The notes under the pieces were generated by a model. That model was not told the DNA's origin. It made no database searches and saw only the letters and a list, made by a program, of their open reading frames with translations. From NCBI GenBank assembly GCA_051294375.1, contig CM119265.1, forward strand, positions 19,519,642-19,583,641: a stretch of 64,000 nt of DNA. Direction: 5' to 3'. This DNA comes from Paraspadella gotoi (Eukaryota; Animalia; Chaetognatha). Made by a program: the position numbers and the translations under genes. Of this stretch, positions 14,594 to 27,486 are shown piece after piece; positions within the stretch are counted from its first letter, which is position 1, and the number at the start of each line of letters is the position of its first letter.

Positions 14594-14650
14594 CATGAAC
14601 GTCATGAATCGAACCCATGAACGTCATGAATCGAACGCATGAATGTCAAG
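14594..14650. repeat. 22-bp tandem repeat, about 2.5 copies
   Basis: catgaacgtcatgaatcgaacc / catgaacgtcatgaatcgaacg / catgaatgtcaag. Confidence 0.8.
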
Positions 14651-15325
14651 ATACTCGGGGGAGAAAAACCGAAGACGAGGACCAACGACGTCGACGTCGA
14701 CGATACTGGCCGACAGGGGGAGACCCGACCGCCAAAACCGGCGGTCACGCTTTGACCGCTTCTCCGCGACAANNNNNNNNNNGAAGAATCCTTTTTGGGG
14801 GGGAGGGAGAGAGGAGCGAAGGCGTTTGACATGTTTTTCGGGGAATATAAACCGGTCGAATTGAATCGGAGGAAAAGGAAAGAGACTAGCTCGAGTGGAG
14901 GAAAGGAAACGGTCGAGCCAAAATAGGGAGAATCGGTGACGCTTACGTTGTCGTCGACTCACGTAAATCATTATCGACTACCATTTGTTTAATTTAACTC
15001 ATAATCTGCTTTTTTTAATTTATAATTTTAAGGATTACCGTTAAAAAAAATGCTTATATAAAGCTTCGTTTGATTACTTGTCTCTCGCATTGGCACTTGC
15101 CTTTTAGCTTTCTTCCTTTCTTCAAAGCTTTCCCATTCGTATCTTTCCCGGTTGTTGCCTTTTCCCGGTTTTTTTTTTGTTTTCGTCGGTTTTTCCCTCC
15201 GATTTTTCGCTCTTTGTTTCCGTATCTGGTTCCGATGATTTATTCATGGCGGTTGGAATGGATCGCCTCCTCCGACTAGGCCCTTTGACGCCCTCCATCT
15301 TCCAAGGCGGAATTCCACTCTCTTT

Positions 15326-15405
<80 letters not shown>

Positions 15406-15727
15406 TTTTCTTTTTTCTGTCTCTCTCTTTATTCCTTTCTCTTTTATTCCTTCTCCATATTTTACTCTTTTTCTTTCCCTTTCACTTTTTTTTTCTCTTT
15501 CATTCGTTTATCTCTCTTTTTTTGCGGCATAATTTATTATTTCATTATTTCCCTCGAAACAAATGCCTCTTGTCTTTTAGCCGGATTTTCCCATAAGTTT
15601 TATTTTGGAACCTTTCAAATCCTTTTCTTTTTCTTTCCTTCTTTTATCTCTTTTGTTATATAGATTTCTTTCTGCTTCCCTTTTCTTTTCTTTTCCTTCC
15701 TTCCTTCCTTCCTTCCTTCCTTCCTTC

Positions 15728-15786
<59 letters not shown>

Positions 15787-17455
15787 TCCTTCTTTCTTCT
15801 CAATTGACTTTAATACTTTATGCAGAACTCCTTCCTCTCTCTCACTTGTGAATTTTTTAACCAGATAAGGATAACTCCAATGCAGTAGTCCGTAAGAACC
15901 GTCTCCATACAGCCTTTTATATTGGTTGTACAAATTTATATAAAAAGCGATGTCACATTTATGTATTTTTGGTAAAACTCTCACGATTCGTTTCGTGTTA
16001 AACTTTGCCAAAAAATATATTTACGTTCGAAACAAAAATTACAAAAAGTAAGCGAAGCTACATATATCGTCGTCGTCGTCGTCCTCGTCGTCGTCGTCGT
16101 CGTCGTCGTCGTGAATCGCCAAACGTCAAAGCCGAATCGCTTCTGCAACGTCCCTTTACGGGAGAACTTCCTAATAAATCTCGGAAAAAAAAAAGACGTC
16201 TCGCCTCCCGCCTCCACCCTCTTTGGCTCAATCCCTCTCGCTCTCGCTCTCGCCTCAAACCTCACTCCTCCCTCTCTCATCTTTCCCTCTCGCTCTCCCT
16301 CTGGCCTTCATCCGCCCTCTCTCATTTCTCCACCCCTCGTTCCAACCTTCTGACTCTAAACACCATCAACGAAACGAACTCACTCCTATTTTCTAGATTA
16401 ATCGATATTATCAAAATTATCACAATTTGCTCGTCCCTTTCACTCCCCAACATATTGTATACCATTCTTTAGTCCCGCGCCTCCAAAAAGGACTCTTCCT
16501 TCATAAAAAAAAAGTTCGTAATATTATTTTTTTCCTGAGCGATTGCTCCTTTGTTCGAGGGGGGCGTGTCTCGGCGTCTCGCGTCTCTGTGATTGACGAC
16601 CGAAGATCTTTTTAGTTACGAGTTTTGGTTTCCGCCCATAACTCGTGCCGAGGCGAATCTCGAACGGGGAGCGTGAATTGTGACCGGGCCTCCCTCCGCC
16701 CCCCCGGCCCCTCCCCAATTCACCATCCCCGCTGTAAAACGAAGAACGATGAGCGTACAAAAATAGATAACCAACTTTTAATGCTTTCAGGTCAAAATTT
16801 AAGCTTAAATCGTTATGTACATATATTTTAAAATAAATCTGTCGATATGTTGGATATTTTTACGGACAAAAAGAACGAACTTAGATTTTTAAAAATTTCT
16901 GAGAAAATAACAGAAAATGTTTCCATGCAAACATCAAAATATAAAATCTTTTTTCCCCCTGAATTTCGTCCTCACTTTTTAAAACTTTCTTCAAACGCCC
17001 TTCCTTTGTTTTGTTTTGAATTCCTCTTTTCTTCTAAGATTCACACCTTTCACTCTCGGTTCACCGATTTTCCTTTCGGTTCACTCCTCCGGCTTCTTTC
17101 GGGTCTTCGTCCTTTTCCTCACCACATTCTTTTTATTTTTCTCACCCTTCTCCTCCTCTTCCTCCTCCTCCTCCTCCTCATCCTCCTGAGTTTAATCTTC
17201 GTTCATCTCAAAGAAATTTTAACGAATTTTAAAACAATTTTTAATTCTTTTTAATTCTTAGTTGATTTGGCCGAGGGAGCGGGACCAAAGTTGCGCGAAC
17301 CAGGGTAAGGAAAGCCAAGTTTCGGCGCTGCCTCGGCGGGAAGCGATAATGGATCTCGGTCGAAGTCGGGTGGGAAAAAACGGAATTTATAGTTCCGACG
17401 ACTCGTGAGCGGAAACGACGGAATTCCGGAGCTAAATACCCGGTTTTCTACTCAC

Positions 17456-17679
17456 CTTTGCCACGCCCCTTTCCGCCCTTACCCTTACATCACCCAGTTC
17501 GGATCCGGGGAGAAGGGTGAGGGTCACTCGGGTCGTCGATGGCGCGAAATTCGACGCCGGCGTCACCCGAGCGTTTCCCGCGAACCCGCGAATCGAGGCG
17601 AAATCGTGGGGCGTGGCGCAAGGCGGCGCACGCTGGTCCACGTTAAATTCACACGCGGAGGTCGGACCGCTCGCACATG
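17456..17679 (-). CDS. Putative internal exon of an unidentified gene
   Basis: GC-rich island with acceptor cttag|CA and donor AAG|GTGAGT. Open frame CASGPTSACEFNVDQRAPPCATPHDFASIRGF...VRAERGVAK. Confidence 0.4.
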
Positions 17680-17992
17680 CTAAGTTTGTTTTATTTATTT
17701 ATTTATTAATTTATTTATTTTTTTTTATTTTTTATTTTTTTTTTATTTTTTATTTTTTATTTTTTTTTAAATTTTTTTTTATTTTTATTATTTATTTTTA
17801 TTTTTTGTTTATTTATTTATTTATTTATTTATTTATTATTTATTTATTTTTTAATTTATTTATTTTTTAATAATTCATTCGTTCAGATATTTTTCTCCTT
17901 GCCAGTTTGCTAATCACAACTGAGTCATCTTACCCAGCTTTAGTAACTACAGTAACTGCTTAATAGTTAATTACCAAAAAAAAGGTAAAAAA

Positions 17993-18034
<42 letters not shown>

Positions 18035-19180
18035 GAGAAGGGCCGGGATGAAGAAAGTTTGAGAACGAGAAAGAGAGAGACGTGGCGGTAGCGCCAACCG
18101 GAAGTGGTCCCCAGAGGCGTCAACGCCGAGGTCGAACTACCTTTGCATACGTGATAGCTTGTTTAGGCCGAGACGGACATAACCTTCAAGCAAGAAACCG
18201 ATAAATCTTTTTTTTTTCTTTTTATATTCATTTTCCTCCCATTTTTTTTTCTTTCCTCCGTTTTCTCCGCGTTTTAAGTTTCGCCACTCGCGTCCTCCAT
18301 CTTCTCCACCGTCGCCAACAAATCCTTCCTTTTCTCTCCGTTCCTCCCTTTTCTTTTCTTTCTTTCACGCCGCGTCCGCCATTTTGGTTTCGGCCGATCG
18401 AAAAAATTTTCAAAAAAAAAAAAAAAAAAAAGGAAAAAAAAAAAGGCTGAAATTTACGAGTTTGTACGAGAAGAGAATGGGAAAGGATTTGAAGGAACGA
18501 GGGAGGACAAAATGGGAAGGGGAGAAATATTGGTGAGAGGATGGGTTAGAGGACGTGTGGGGGTTGGGGTTGGGTTGGGGTTGGGGTGGGGGGGAATGGG
18601 AAGGATCATGGGGAGATGAAAAAGCGGACCCGTCGGTGAAGGGGGAAAAGGGATGTGGTAAGGAAAAGAGGGCAAGCGGGGAAAGTATACGGTCCGAATG
18701 AGAATTAGGGGAAAATAGTACAAAGGCCTAATTAAGATAAACTTTAAAAAATGTTCGAAATAAATAACCAATTAGTTTTTCAATAATTTTAATACTTGTC
18801 TACATCATCATAGAAAACAATCTCATTAGTTATAACAGTTATTATTTAGGCAAAATAAGAAAAAAATATGTTTTTTTTTTAGTGAATAAGTGTTGCTTTA
18901 TTTGTCATTTTTTTTTCGATTTGGGCAAATTCTAAATTTATTTTCTACACGTTTCGTGACGAGGGAAGGTAGACCGTAGAGTTCAGACGAGCCGGAGCCT
19001 CAATAAAATATTTGAGAAAAATGTATGGAGCATAAAAAAGCGACATTAACGAGAATCAAATTGATTTGATTTGAGCTTCTGGGCTTGAGGGCCGACGGGG
19101 GCCGCCTACGACTGACCCCGACCTCTCTGGGCCAAACGAGTTCATTCTGGACTCCCTGGTTCGGAGAGGGAGAGAGAGAA

Positions 19181-19269
<89 letters not shown>

Positions 19270-19651
19270 AAATATAAAGTGACATAAAAATGCTAAGAAG
19301 GGGAGAGAGGCGAAAAGAAAAATAAATTTGACTTCCAGTCGGTACAGAGTATTGCTGCTTCGCTTCTCTTTATTTTGTCTCGAGACAATATAACCAGACA
19401 GTTATGTGATAATCCTGAAACAAGAACGGTAATTCCAATGTGTTGCGCCGCAGTGTATTTTCCTTTCATCACATATTACATGACATGATATGACATGACT
19501 AACAAACTTTCTTTGCCATTATATTTATGACCTGCACTGCATCAAAATTCTGTCTTTTATTCCTTATAGTTTTAGGAATTCCTTTAGCCGGCGCTAGCAG
19601 TCCCTTAGATTTTTTTTTCTGTCTTAACAAATGAGTAATCAACTATATGCA

Positions 19652-19749
19652 TTTTTAAATACAAATTAACTTAAGTGGGACCGACCGACCGACCGACCAA
19701 AAAGTGACTTATAGAGTTGCTCCGCGAGTACTCGCGGCGCAACTAAAAA
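19652..19749 (+). mobile_element. Short interspersed element resembling a Helentron-associated (HINE/DINE-1-like) end: (GACC)n followed by a stem-loop and ACTAAAAA
   Basis: gggaccgaccgaccgaccgaccaaaaagtgacttatagAGTTGCtcCGCGAGtaCTCGCGgcGCAACTaaaaa. A related copy lies at about 61730-61799 and a mirror copy at about 30064-30160. Confidence 0.5.
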
Positions 19750-20239
19750 CAAACTCGATTTAAACATATGAAAAACAAGGTGAACATTCTTACTTAGCTC
19801 ATGTGTTAAAATTTGTTCAAACTTTCGATTATTAGTTCTTCTTTCTTTTTCTGAAAACTACCTAAAATCATAAATCGTTGACGGATTTTTAAACTGTTTG
19901 TTGAACTTTTGCCCCGTGATCGTCTTAGCTTCTTTTCGTTATATCTAGGTCAAAGAAAAAGAGACGAAACGTCGTCTTTCAATTTTCGTCACAGGAAATC
20001 GTGAATTTTTCTATCTCAATTTTGAATAGTGAATTGACTTCTTTTCATTTACGATTTAATCGATAATTGTCGATGAAATTCACGGAATTTCAAAGTCAAA
20101 ACTCGATCGTTTTAAACGGTTAAACTGGTTTTAATAAACCGGTTAATCTCAAACTAATCTCCTCTCTCAGACTCTCCTTACTCTTTTTTAAATTCGGACC
20201 ACGCCTCCAGAACCAACTCTTCCCTCAAGCGCCAACGCC

Positions 20240-20510
20240 ATGTCCGCCATCTTCCAACGAATGCTCGATCTGGGCAAAACCGAAGACGAAGTCCACACTC
20301 TCTACAAAAGTTGGGCGACGCATTACGACGAAGACGTCAACGGCGTCGGGTACTTGGCGCCGACGCACGCCGCGCGGGTCGTCATGGAGACGGTCAAACC
20401 AGAAGCCGGGGAGAGGATTGTCGATTTCGCCGCGGGTATTTGATTTGTTAATTTATTTGCTCGTCTTTCTTTTATTTTTAATTAATTAATTAATTAATTA
20501 ATTAATTAAT

Positions 20511-20597
<87 letters not shown>

Positions 20598-20599
20598 TT

Positions 20600-20666
<67 letters not shown>

Positions 20667-21650
20667 CGTTTATTTTTAAACATGCTTTTCCTTTTCCTCT
20701 CTATTCTTTTCATCGTCTTCTTCTCCCCTTCCCACTTCTTCCCAACTCTGCCCTTCATTCACCGACCCGTCTTCAGGAACAGGATGCGTGGGTCAATGCC
20801 TGCGCGCCGCCGGCCTCGACGCCCTCATCACAGTCGACGCCGTCGACGCGTCTCCGGAAATGATGAGCGTCGCGCGGGAGAAGAAAGTTTACGACAACTT
20901 CTTCCTCGGGTTCATCGGAGGCGGGGCGGAGTTGCCGTTCGAGAAGGTGTTGGGGTTTAAAACTTTATTAATTAACATTAACTTTGATACTGTGGCGGTA
21001 TATTCACACCGCCTCACATCCTCCGTCGTTCAGCCAAATCCATTGGCTCAGAGGGGGACCACACCGTCCCCGGCGTAGTGCTCCATCCACAGTCCTGACG
21101 ACTTCCCTCTGCGTTGGCAAAGCGAGACCGTCCTTGGGTAACCGCGCCAGTGACAGGAGGCGTCGGAAGCCCCCAAAGCCAACAGTGATATGCCCCTTCC
21201 CAATGGGCATCACAGGCAACCCGGCTGTAGCCATAATACTTTGATTCTTTTTTTTTCCAGGAGTCCTACGACGTTGCAACCATGGTCGGCGGTTTCGCCG
21301 ATGGACACATTCACATCGATGGTTGGGACTTCATTCTTGACGCCGTCAAACCGGGAGGGCATGTCGTCTGTTCCATCACCAAGAAGTCAGCTTTTTATCT
21401 TTTTCACTCATTTCTATTTTCTTCCTTTTAAAATAATTTCTTCGAGAAATCTCCAAGTTTGTGTAAATTTCCGACCAATGTTGATCTGTTAAGGTGGGTG
21501 GACGCGATTCCAGAATACTCGAATATGGAGGAATACGTTGTGGAGATGTGCGATCGAAAAGGGGCGGAAATTAAGGAGCGTCGAGTTTTTGAAAAATCTT
21601 ATTCGGATTATGGGCTCATTGTTTGGGTCTTGCAAAAAAAATCGAGATGA
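20240..21650 (+). CDS. Class I SAM-dependent methyltransferase, METTL27/WBSCR27-like. Exons 20240-20435, 20777-20946, 21261-21385, 21494-21650
   Basis: All three GT-AG introns join in frame. Motifs LYKSWATHYDEDV..GY, IVDFAAGTGCVG (motif I), VDAVDASPEMMSVAREKKVY, ESYDVA and VKPGG. AATAAA at about 21689. Confidence 0.88.
20478..20665. repeat. Compound (AATT)n(ATTT)n(CTTT)n microsatellite in intron 1 of the methyltransferase
   Basis: Directly visible tetranucleotide arrays. Confidence 0.9.
20981..21245. mobile_element. About 250-bp GC-rich, hairpin-rich insertion in intron 2, flanked by the 8-bp direct repeat ACTTTGAT
   Basis: ACTTTGAT at 20981-20988 and 21238-21245. Removing the insert and one repeat leaves a 57-nt AT-rich intron. 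Confidence 0.45.
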
Positions 21651-22218
21651 TGTATTTATTACAATGTAACTAAATATAGAATTTGATGAATAAAATAGTG
21701 TAGAGTTGATATACTACAGGGGAAAAATTAATCTCCTTTTTGACACTTTTTAAGTCTATTTCGATTGTTAATTTTATTTTAAAAAAGCATTTTTTAAATA
21801 TTTTTAGTATGAGGCTAACTGTTTGCTTATAAAACTTCTAAATAAGCCAGTTGTCCATAGTTAGCTCCATGGAATTTCAAAATCTTGCCAAAGATTAAAT
21901 CATATATTTGACCAGAATACAAATTTATGCAATAACTCAGTTGGTAATAAGTTCACAAAGATAATATAAAAACAAGTTAAACACCGGAAGGCAGGAGCAA
22001 CTATGTTCCAGATTTAGCGAGAATATAATGAGCGGTCAACCAGAAGTAGAGATCTGCCAAGACTTAAACTAATAAAAAAAATTATGATCTGGGTCAGTGT
22101 AACAAGTAAGAATTTTTCGACATAAAAATGAAGAAGATTACAGTTTTAAAAAAATACAACGGCCTTGACATGGCATTTTTTTTCTCTTTTCAATAACATT
22201 AATTATTTTCCCATCTCT

Positions 22219-24626
22219 TTATTTTTTGCTTATGACGAACTCTTCCTCCATGCAATCTGTGCCGGGCCGTCTGACAAATCCAGGCTGGGCCCGAAAAAAA
22301 AAAAGAAGATGAATTATTGTAATTACGTTAAAAACCGAGTCGGTATGAACTTTCGTGTAACTAAATTTTGTGGCAAAATGGTTTTAATTAAGACTCGATT
22401 AGTTCTTAGAAAAAAGGGTTTTAGATTTTTTTTTTTTTTTGATCTCTCCCTCAAGATTGGGCCACCAACCTTGCATTCCCGGCAGTGAGGTCCAGCGGTG
22501 TTGTTCCTGCAGCCGACGCAGCGACCGCCGCTTCCGGTTCGTTTGTAAAGTTCTTCGTCGAAGACGCAACTGGACGGGAAAGGTCACGTGCTACTGTTAG
22601 TGTTTTTTTTCTTTGTTTCTTTTTGTCTTTGTATCTTTCTGTTTACTTTCTTTCTTTTTGTCTTTTTGTCTTTCTTTCTTTCTTTCTTTCTTTCTTGCAT
22701 TCATTCATTCATTTATTCATTCTCTCATTTGATCGTTCATTTATGAAAAATTCACTCTGTGGCAAATAAACTAAATTAAATTAAATTAAATTAAACTAAA
22801 TAAACTAAATTCATCCATTCATCCAATCCATCAATCCACCCAACCTATCGGCCAGCCCATCGCAGTCACAGATTTTGCATTCCTGGGCATCTTCAGCGGT
22901 GGCGGGCCCCCAGGGGCGATCGCGATAAAAAGGTTGGCATTCTCCGCAATCCGGACCTGCGAAGGTTTTTGGCGGAAACGATGGAGATCGAAACTTTTTT
23001 TTTTGTCTCGAAAGTAATTGAGAGACTGAGGACACAAGACAACCAATTTACAGGCGATTATTAGTTGGTTTATTTTTCGAGTCGTCAAAATTATTTTGGA
23101 CAGTAGGCGAGAAACAATTACTTATAAATGTAATTTAAGTTTGTTACTATCTTCTTTTCTCCGCCCAACTTAGAAAGAAAAAAAAAATAAAAGGAAAATA
23201 CGAAATCCTTTTCCCGATTCGGATGAACTCGACGATCGTTGTAACCGTAAATAAACGAGTAACGAGTACCGATCGTCTCGAATCAACGGGGATCAAACGA
23301 ATGAAGTTTATTGACGAGACGTGTTTTCGATCGCGGGCGCCGCATTTGTACAAAATCTGGCTCCCGCGTTGGTTCCTTTGGACCGTCCCGACCGATAATT
23401 TGACGAGCATATAAAAGAATAAGTTTATAAGCTTATCCAAATGTTAAACATTTTTTTTCATATCATCTTTTATGTATTTTTGTTTTCCTACTGCCAGTTA
23501 TCATTTGATTATTTTGTAGACGGGGATTGCGTGAGTTCACCACACCTCTGAGCATGACACGGTGGCTCATTGAGTAATACCATCAGCTCTTGACCATTAA
23601 GTACCGGGACCGATCCCCGATGAAACCTACCCTGCGGCAACCGAGGAGGACGGCGTCGAACCGCCGTGGGGGCCTGTAAATCCCCCAAGCCTAGTTCCAA
23701 GCCCACGACCCGTTTTCACGGCGCTTCAGGGATTAAAACAAGTTGCGGAAAGCACTTTTCAGCCCACTTAGCGCCTTTATCCACAATTATAATTTGTAAA
23801 TTCATCTATCTAATATTACTCTTATTTTCAATTTACTTCTTATTACTAAATTTCGGGTTTTGATTAATTCTTCGCCACTTTGCCTTCTCACCCGTTGTAT
23901 GGTGTTCGCAACTGCAAAACCTCAGTCCCGAATACTCGTCTCTTTGGCATGTTGGGCGTGGCCGTTTGCACTTGCATCTGCCGCCAATCTCGATGCCAGA
24001 AATGGCAAAGTAGTAGGAGCTAACGAGGAAGATTGAATATAAATCACGACATCTTCATGCAGGGTTTCATTTCAAAAGTGTGTGTCTTTTTGTTTTAAGA
24101 TTATTGACTGGAAATCTTCTGAAGACCCGCTTGAAGTTGAATATTCCCTCTCACCTGAGAATGGCGGGTTTCGGGTGAATGATCTCATCTCCCCAAGTGA
24201 AGATCCGTTTCAAGGAGAAACGAACCGACGTCGCCGTCGTCCAGTCACGCAAAGACGAAAACGGGAACATATTGTCGTCCTGATTCATTGAGGGAGGAAG
24301 GAAATTGGTTGGTGGGCGAGTAAATAAACTCCCACGGGTTCTTGGACTTCGATAATTTCTTCGTAGTTTAATTAAACCACGGATATTACTTTTTGAGATT
24401 ACATTATTGTGTATATTAGTTTGCCAAGCGATTGCCGATATTCTTCGATACTAAAAACTCGAGAAACCCGCGAGGACTAAAAATTGATCAAAATACGTAA
24501 CTCACCACTCAATTGTGGAGACAGGCGACGGCAGGATCCGAGGAGAAGGAGTCGGTCCTGGAGAAGGGCTCTCCTCCGGTTTCACTGGCCATGTTTGGTA
24601 TTCGAAGGACAAGAGGAAGAATAATG
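22219..24626 (-). CDS. Laminin gamma/netrin-related gene, 3' part (end of LN domain, LE1, LE2, stop). Exons 24626-24506, 24346-24155, 24019-23892, 22956-22845, 22569-22470, 22284-22219
   Basis: [24 protein letters not shown]; [21 protein letters not shown]; [34 protein letters not shown]; [33 protein letters not shown]; [21 protein letters not shown]. Canonical splice sites, with a few indel errors. Confidence 0.85.
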
Positions 24627-24747
24627 CTGTGATAATCGTAGCAATCAATACATATTCATTACATCAATTAAGAGATTCTGAGCTTTAATGAATTAAATTG
24701 AATCCACTGCAGCCTGCGTTTATGGTTCATTTGCGAATTTTCAAACC

Positions 24748-27486
24748 TAACGGTCAACTTGGGCGGAGGCCTTCCGAGTCACACTACGTCCAACGTCAAA
24801 TTCGTGACGATGAATGCCGGACTTTTTGTTCGATCGAGAAGAGCATCTTCGAGACTTGTCCGTGGAAGCCTTGGCAGGTTTGAAATTTCGCAAATGAAAC
24901 CATAAACGCAGGCCCTGCAGTGGATTCAATTTAATTCATTAAAGCTTCAGAATCTCTTAATTGATGTAAATGAATAATGTATTGATTGCTACGATTATGC
25001 ACAGCTTAATTCTTCTCTTGGTCCTTCGAATACCAAACATGGAGTGAAACCGGAGGAAGCCCTTCTCCCAGGACCGACTCCTTCTCCTCGGATCTCTGCC
25101 GTCGCCTTCTCCACATTGAGTGGTGAGTTTAGCGTATTTTGATCAATTTTTTAGTCCTCGCGGGTTTCTCGAGTTTTTAGTTATGCGAAGAATATCGGCA
25201 TCGCTTGGCAAACTATATACACAATAATGTAATCTCAAAAGTAATATCCGTGGTTTAATTAAACCTACGAAGAAATTATCGAAGTCCAAGAACCCCGTGG
25301 GAGTTTATTTACTACGACCCACCAACCCCAATTTCCTCCTCCCATCAATGATCGGACGACAATATGTTCCCGTTTTCTCTTTGCGTGGACTGGAACGACG
25401 GCGACGTCGGTTCGTTTCCTTGAAACAGGATCTTCACTTGGGGAGATGGATCATTTCCACCCCGAAACCCGCCATTCTCAGGTGAGAGGGAATATTCAAC
25501 TCAAGCGGGTCTTGCAGAAGATTTCCCAGTCAATAATCTTAAAACAGAAAAGACACACACTTTTGAAATGAAACCCTGAACATGAACGATGTCGTGATTT
25601 ATATTCAAATCTTCCTCGTTAGCTCCTACTACTTTTTGCCATTTCTGCATCGAGATTTGGCGAGCAGAGTGCAAGTGGCAAACGGCCACGCCCAAACATC
25701 AGCCAAAGAGACGAAGTATTCGGGACTGAGGTTTTGCCAGTTGCGAACACGCATACAACGGGTGAGAAGGCAAAGTGGCGTAAGAATTAAATCAAACCCG
25801 CAAATTTAGTAATAAGAAGTAAATTGAAATAAGAGTAATATTAGATACGATGAATTTATAATTATAGATTGTATAAAGGCGCTAAGTGGGCTGAAAAAGT
25901 TGCTTTCCGCAAACTTGTTTTAATCCCTGAAGCGGCCGTGAAAACGGGTCGTTGGGCTTGGAACTAAGCTTGGGGGATTTACAGCCACCCACGGCGGTTC
26001 CGACGCCGTCCTCCTCGGTTGCCGCAGGGTAGGTTTCATCGGGGAATCGGTCCGGTACTTAATGGTCAAGAGCTGATGGTATTACTCAATGAGGCCACCG
26101 TGATCATGATCAGAGGTGTGGTGAACTCACGCCAATCCCCGTCTACATAATAATCAATGATAACTGGCAGTAGGAAAACAAAAATACAATAAAAGATGAT
26201 ATGAAAAAAATGTTTAACATTTGGATAAGCTTATAAACTTATTCTTTTATAAATGCTGCGTTCAAATTATCGGTCGGACGGTCCAAAGGGAACCAACGCG
26301 GGAGCCAGATTTTGTACAAATGCGGCGCCGCGATCGAAACACGTCTCGTCAATAACTTCATCGTTTGATTCCCCGTTGATTTGAGACGATCGGTACTCGT
26401 TTACTCGTTTGATTTACGGTTACAAAACGATCGTCGGAGTTCATCCGAATCGGGAAAAGGATTTTCGTAATTTTCCTCTTTTATTTTTTTTTTCTTTCTA
26501 AGTTGGGCGGAAGAAAAGAAGATATGTAACAAACTTAAATTTACATTATAAGTAATTGTATTCTCGCCTACTGTCCAAAATAATTTTGACGACTTGAAAA
26601 ATAAACAAATAATAATCGCCTGTTAAATTGGGTTGTTCTTGTGTCCTCTGTCTCTCAATTACTTTCGAGACAAAAAAGAAAAAGTTTCAGATCTCGCATC
26701 GTTTTCCTCCCGCCAAAAAACCTTCGCAGGTCGATTGCGGAGAAATGCCAACCTTTTTCTATCGCGAATCGCCCCTGGGGCCCGCACCGCTGAAGATGCC
26801 CCAGGAATGGCAAAATCTGTGAGCTGCGATGCTGGCCGATAGGTTGGGTGGATTGAATGGATTGGATGAATGGATGAATTTAGTTTATTTAGTTTAATTT
26901 AATTAATTTAATTTAGTTTATTTTGCCACAGAAGTGAATTTTTCATAAATGAACGATCAAGATGAGAGATGAAATAAATGGAATGAATGAATGAAAGAAA
27001 GAAAGAAAAGAAAGAAAGAAAAGACAGAAAGACAATAAAGAAAGAAAGTAAACAGAAAGATACAAAGACAAAAAGAAACAACAGAAAAAAACACTAAGCA
27101 GTAGCACGTGAACCTTTCCCGTCCAGGTGTGCGTCTTCCGAGAAGAAACTCTTAACAAACGAACCGGAAGCGGCGGTCGTGCGTCGGCTGCAGGAACAAC
27201 ACCGGCTGGACTCACTGCCGGGATGCAAGGTTTTGGTGGACCAATCTTGAGGACAGATCAAAAAAAAAAAAAATTAAAACCTTTTTTCTAAACTAATCGA
27301 GTCTTAATTAAACATTTTGCCAAACAAATCAAATTTAGTTACACGAAAAGTTCATAACGACTCCGGTTTTTAACGTAAATTACAATAATTCATCTTCTTT
27401 TTTTTTTCGGGCCCAGCCTGGATTTGTCAACACGGCCCGGCACAGAATTGCATGGAGGAAGAAGTTCGTCATAAGCAAAAAATAAA
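24748..27486 (+). CDS. Mirror (error-rich) copy of the laminin-like 3' exons. Includes the only copy of most of exon 4 (24748-24877)
   Basis: The palindrome spacer reads TVNLG...(indels)...SIEKSIFETCPWKPWQ|gt, matching LN-domain NLTL.LGK.F...RPESF.I.K....GPW.P.Q. The same terminal ISKK* is present. Confidence 0.7.

Noticed and set aside
14594-14650. 22-bp direct repeats as a CRISPR array
   Set aside because: The units are head-to-tail with no spacers, there are no cas genes, and the context is eukaryotic.
18558-18595. GGGGTT repeats as telomeric sequence
   Set aside because: Only a few imperfect units in an internal purine-rich tract.
21095-21135. CTGACGA as a hammerhead ribozyme core
   Set aside because: The partner motif reads GAGAC rather than GAAAC in both palindrome copies, and stems II and III do not form convincingly.
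23514-23798. Intronic element as an H/ACA snoRNA, RNase P/MRP or SRP RNA
   Set aside because: It ends in ACA, but I found no ANANNA H box and none of the conserved P/MRP/SRP motifs.
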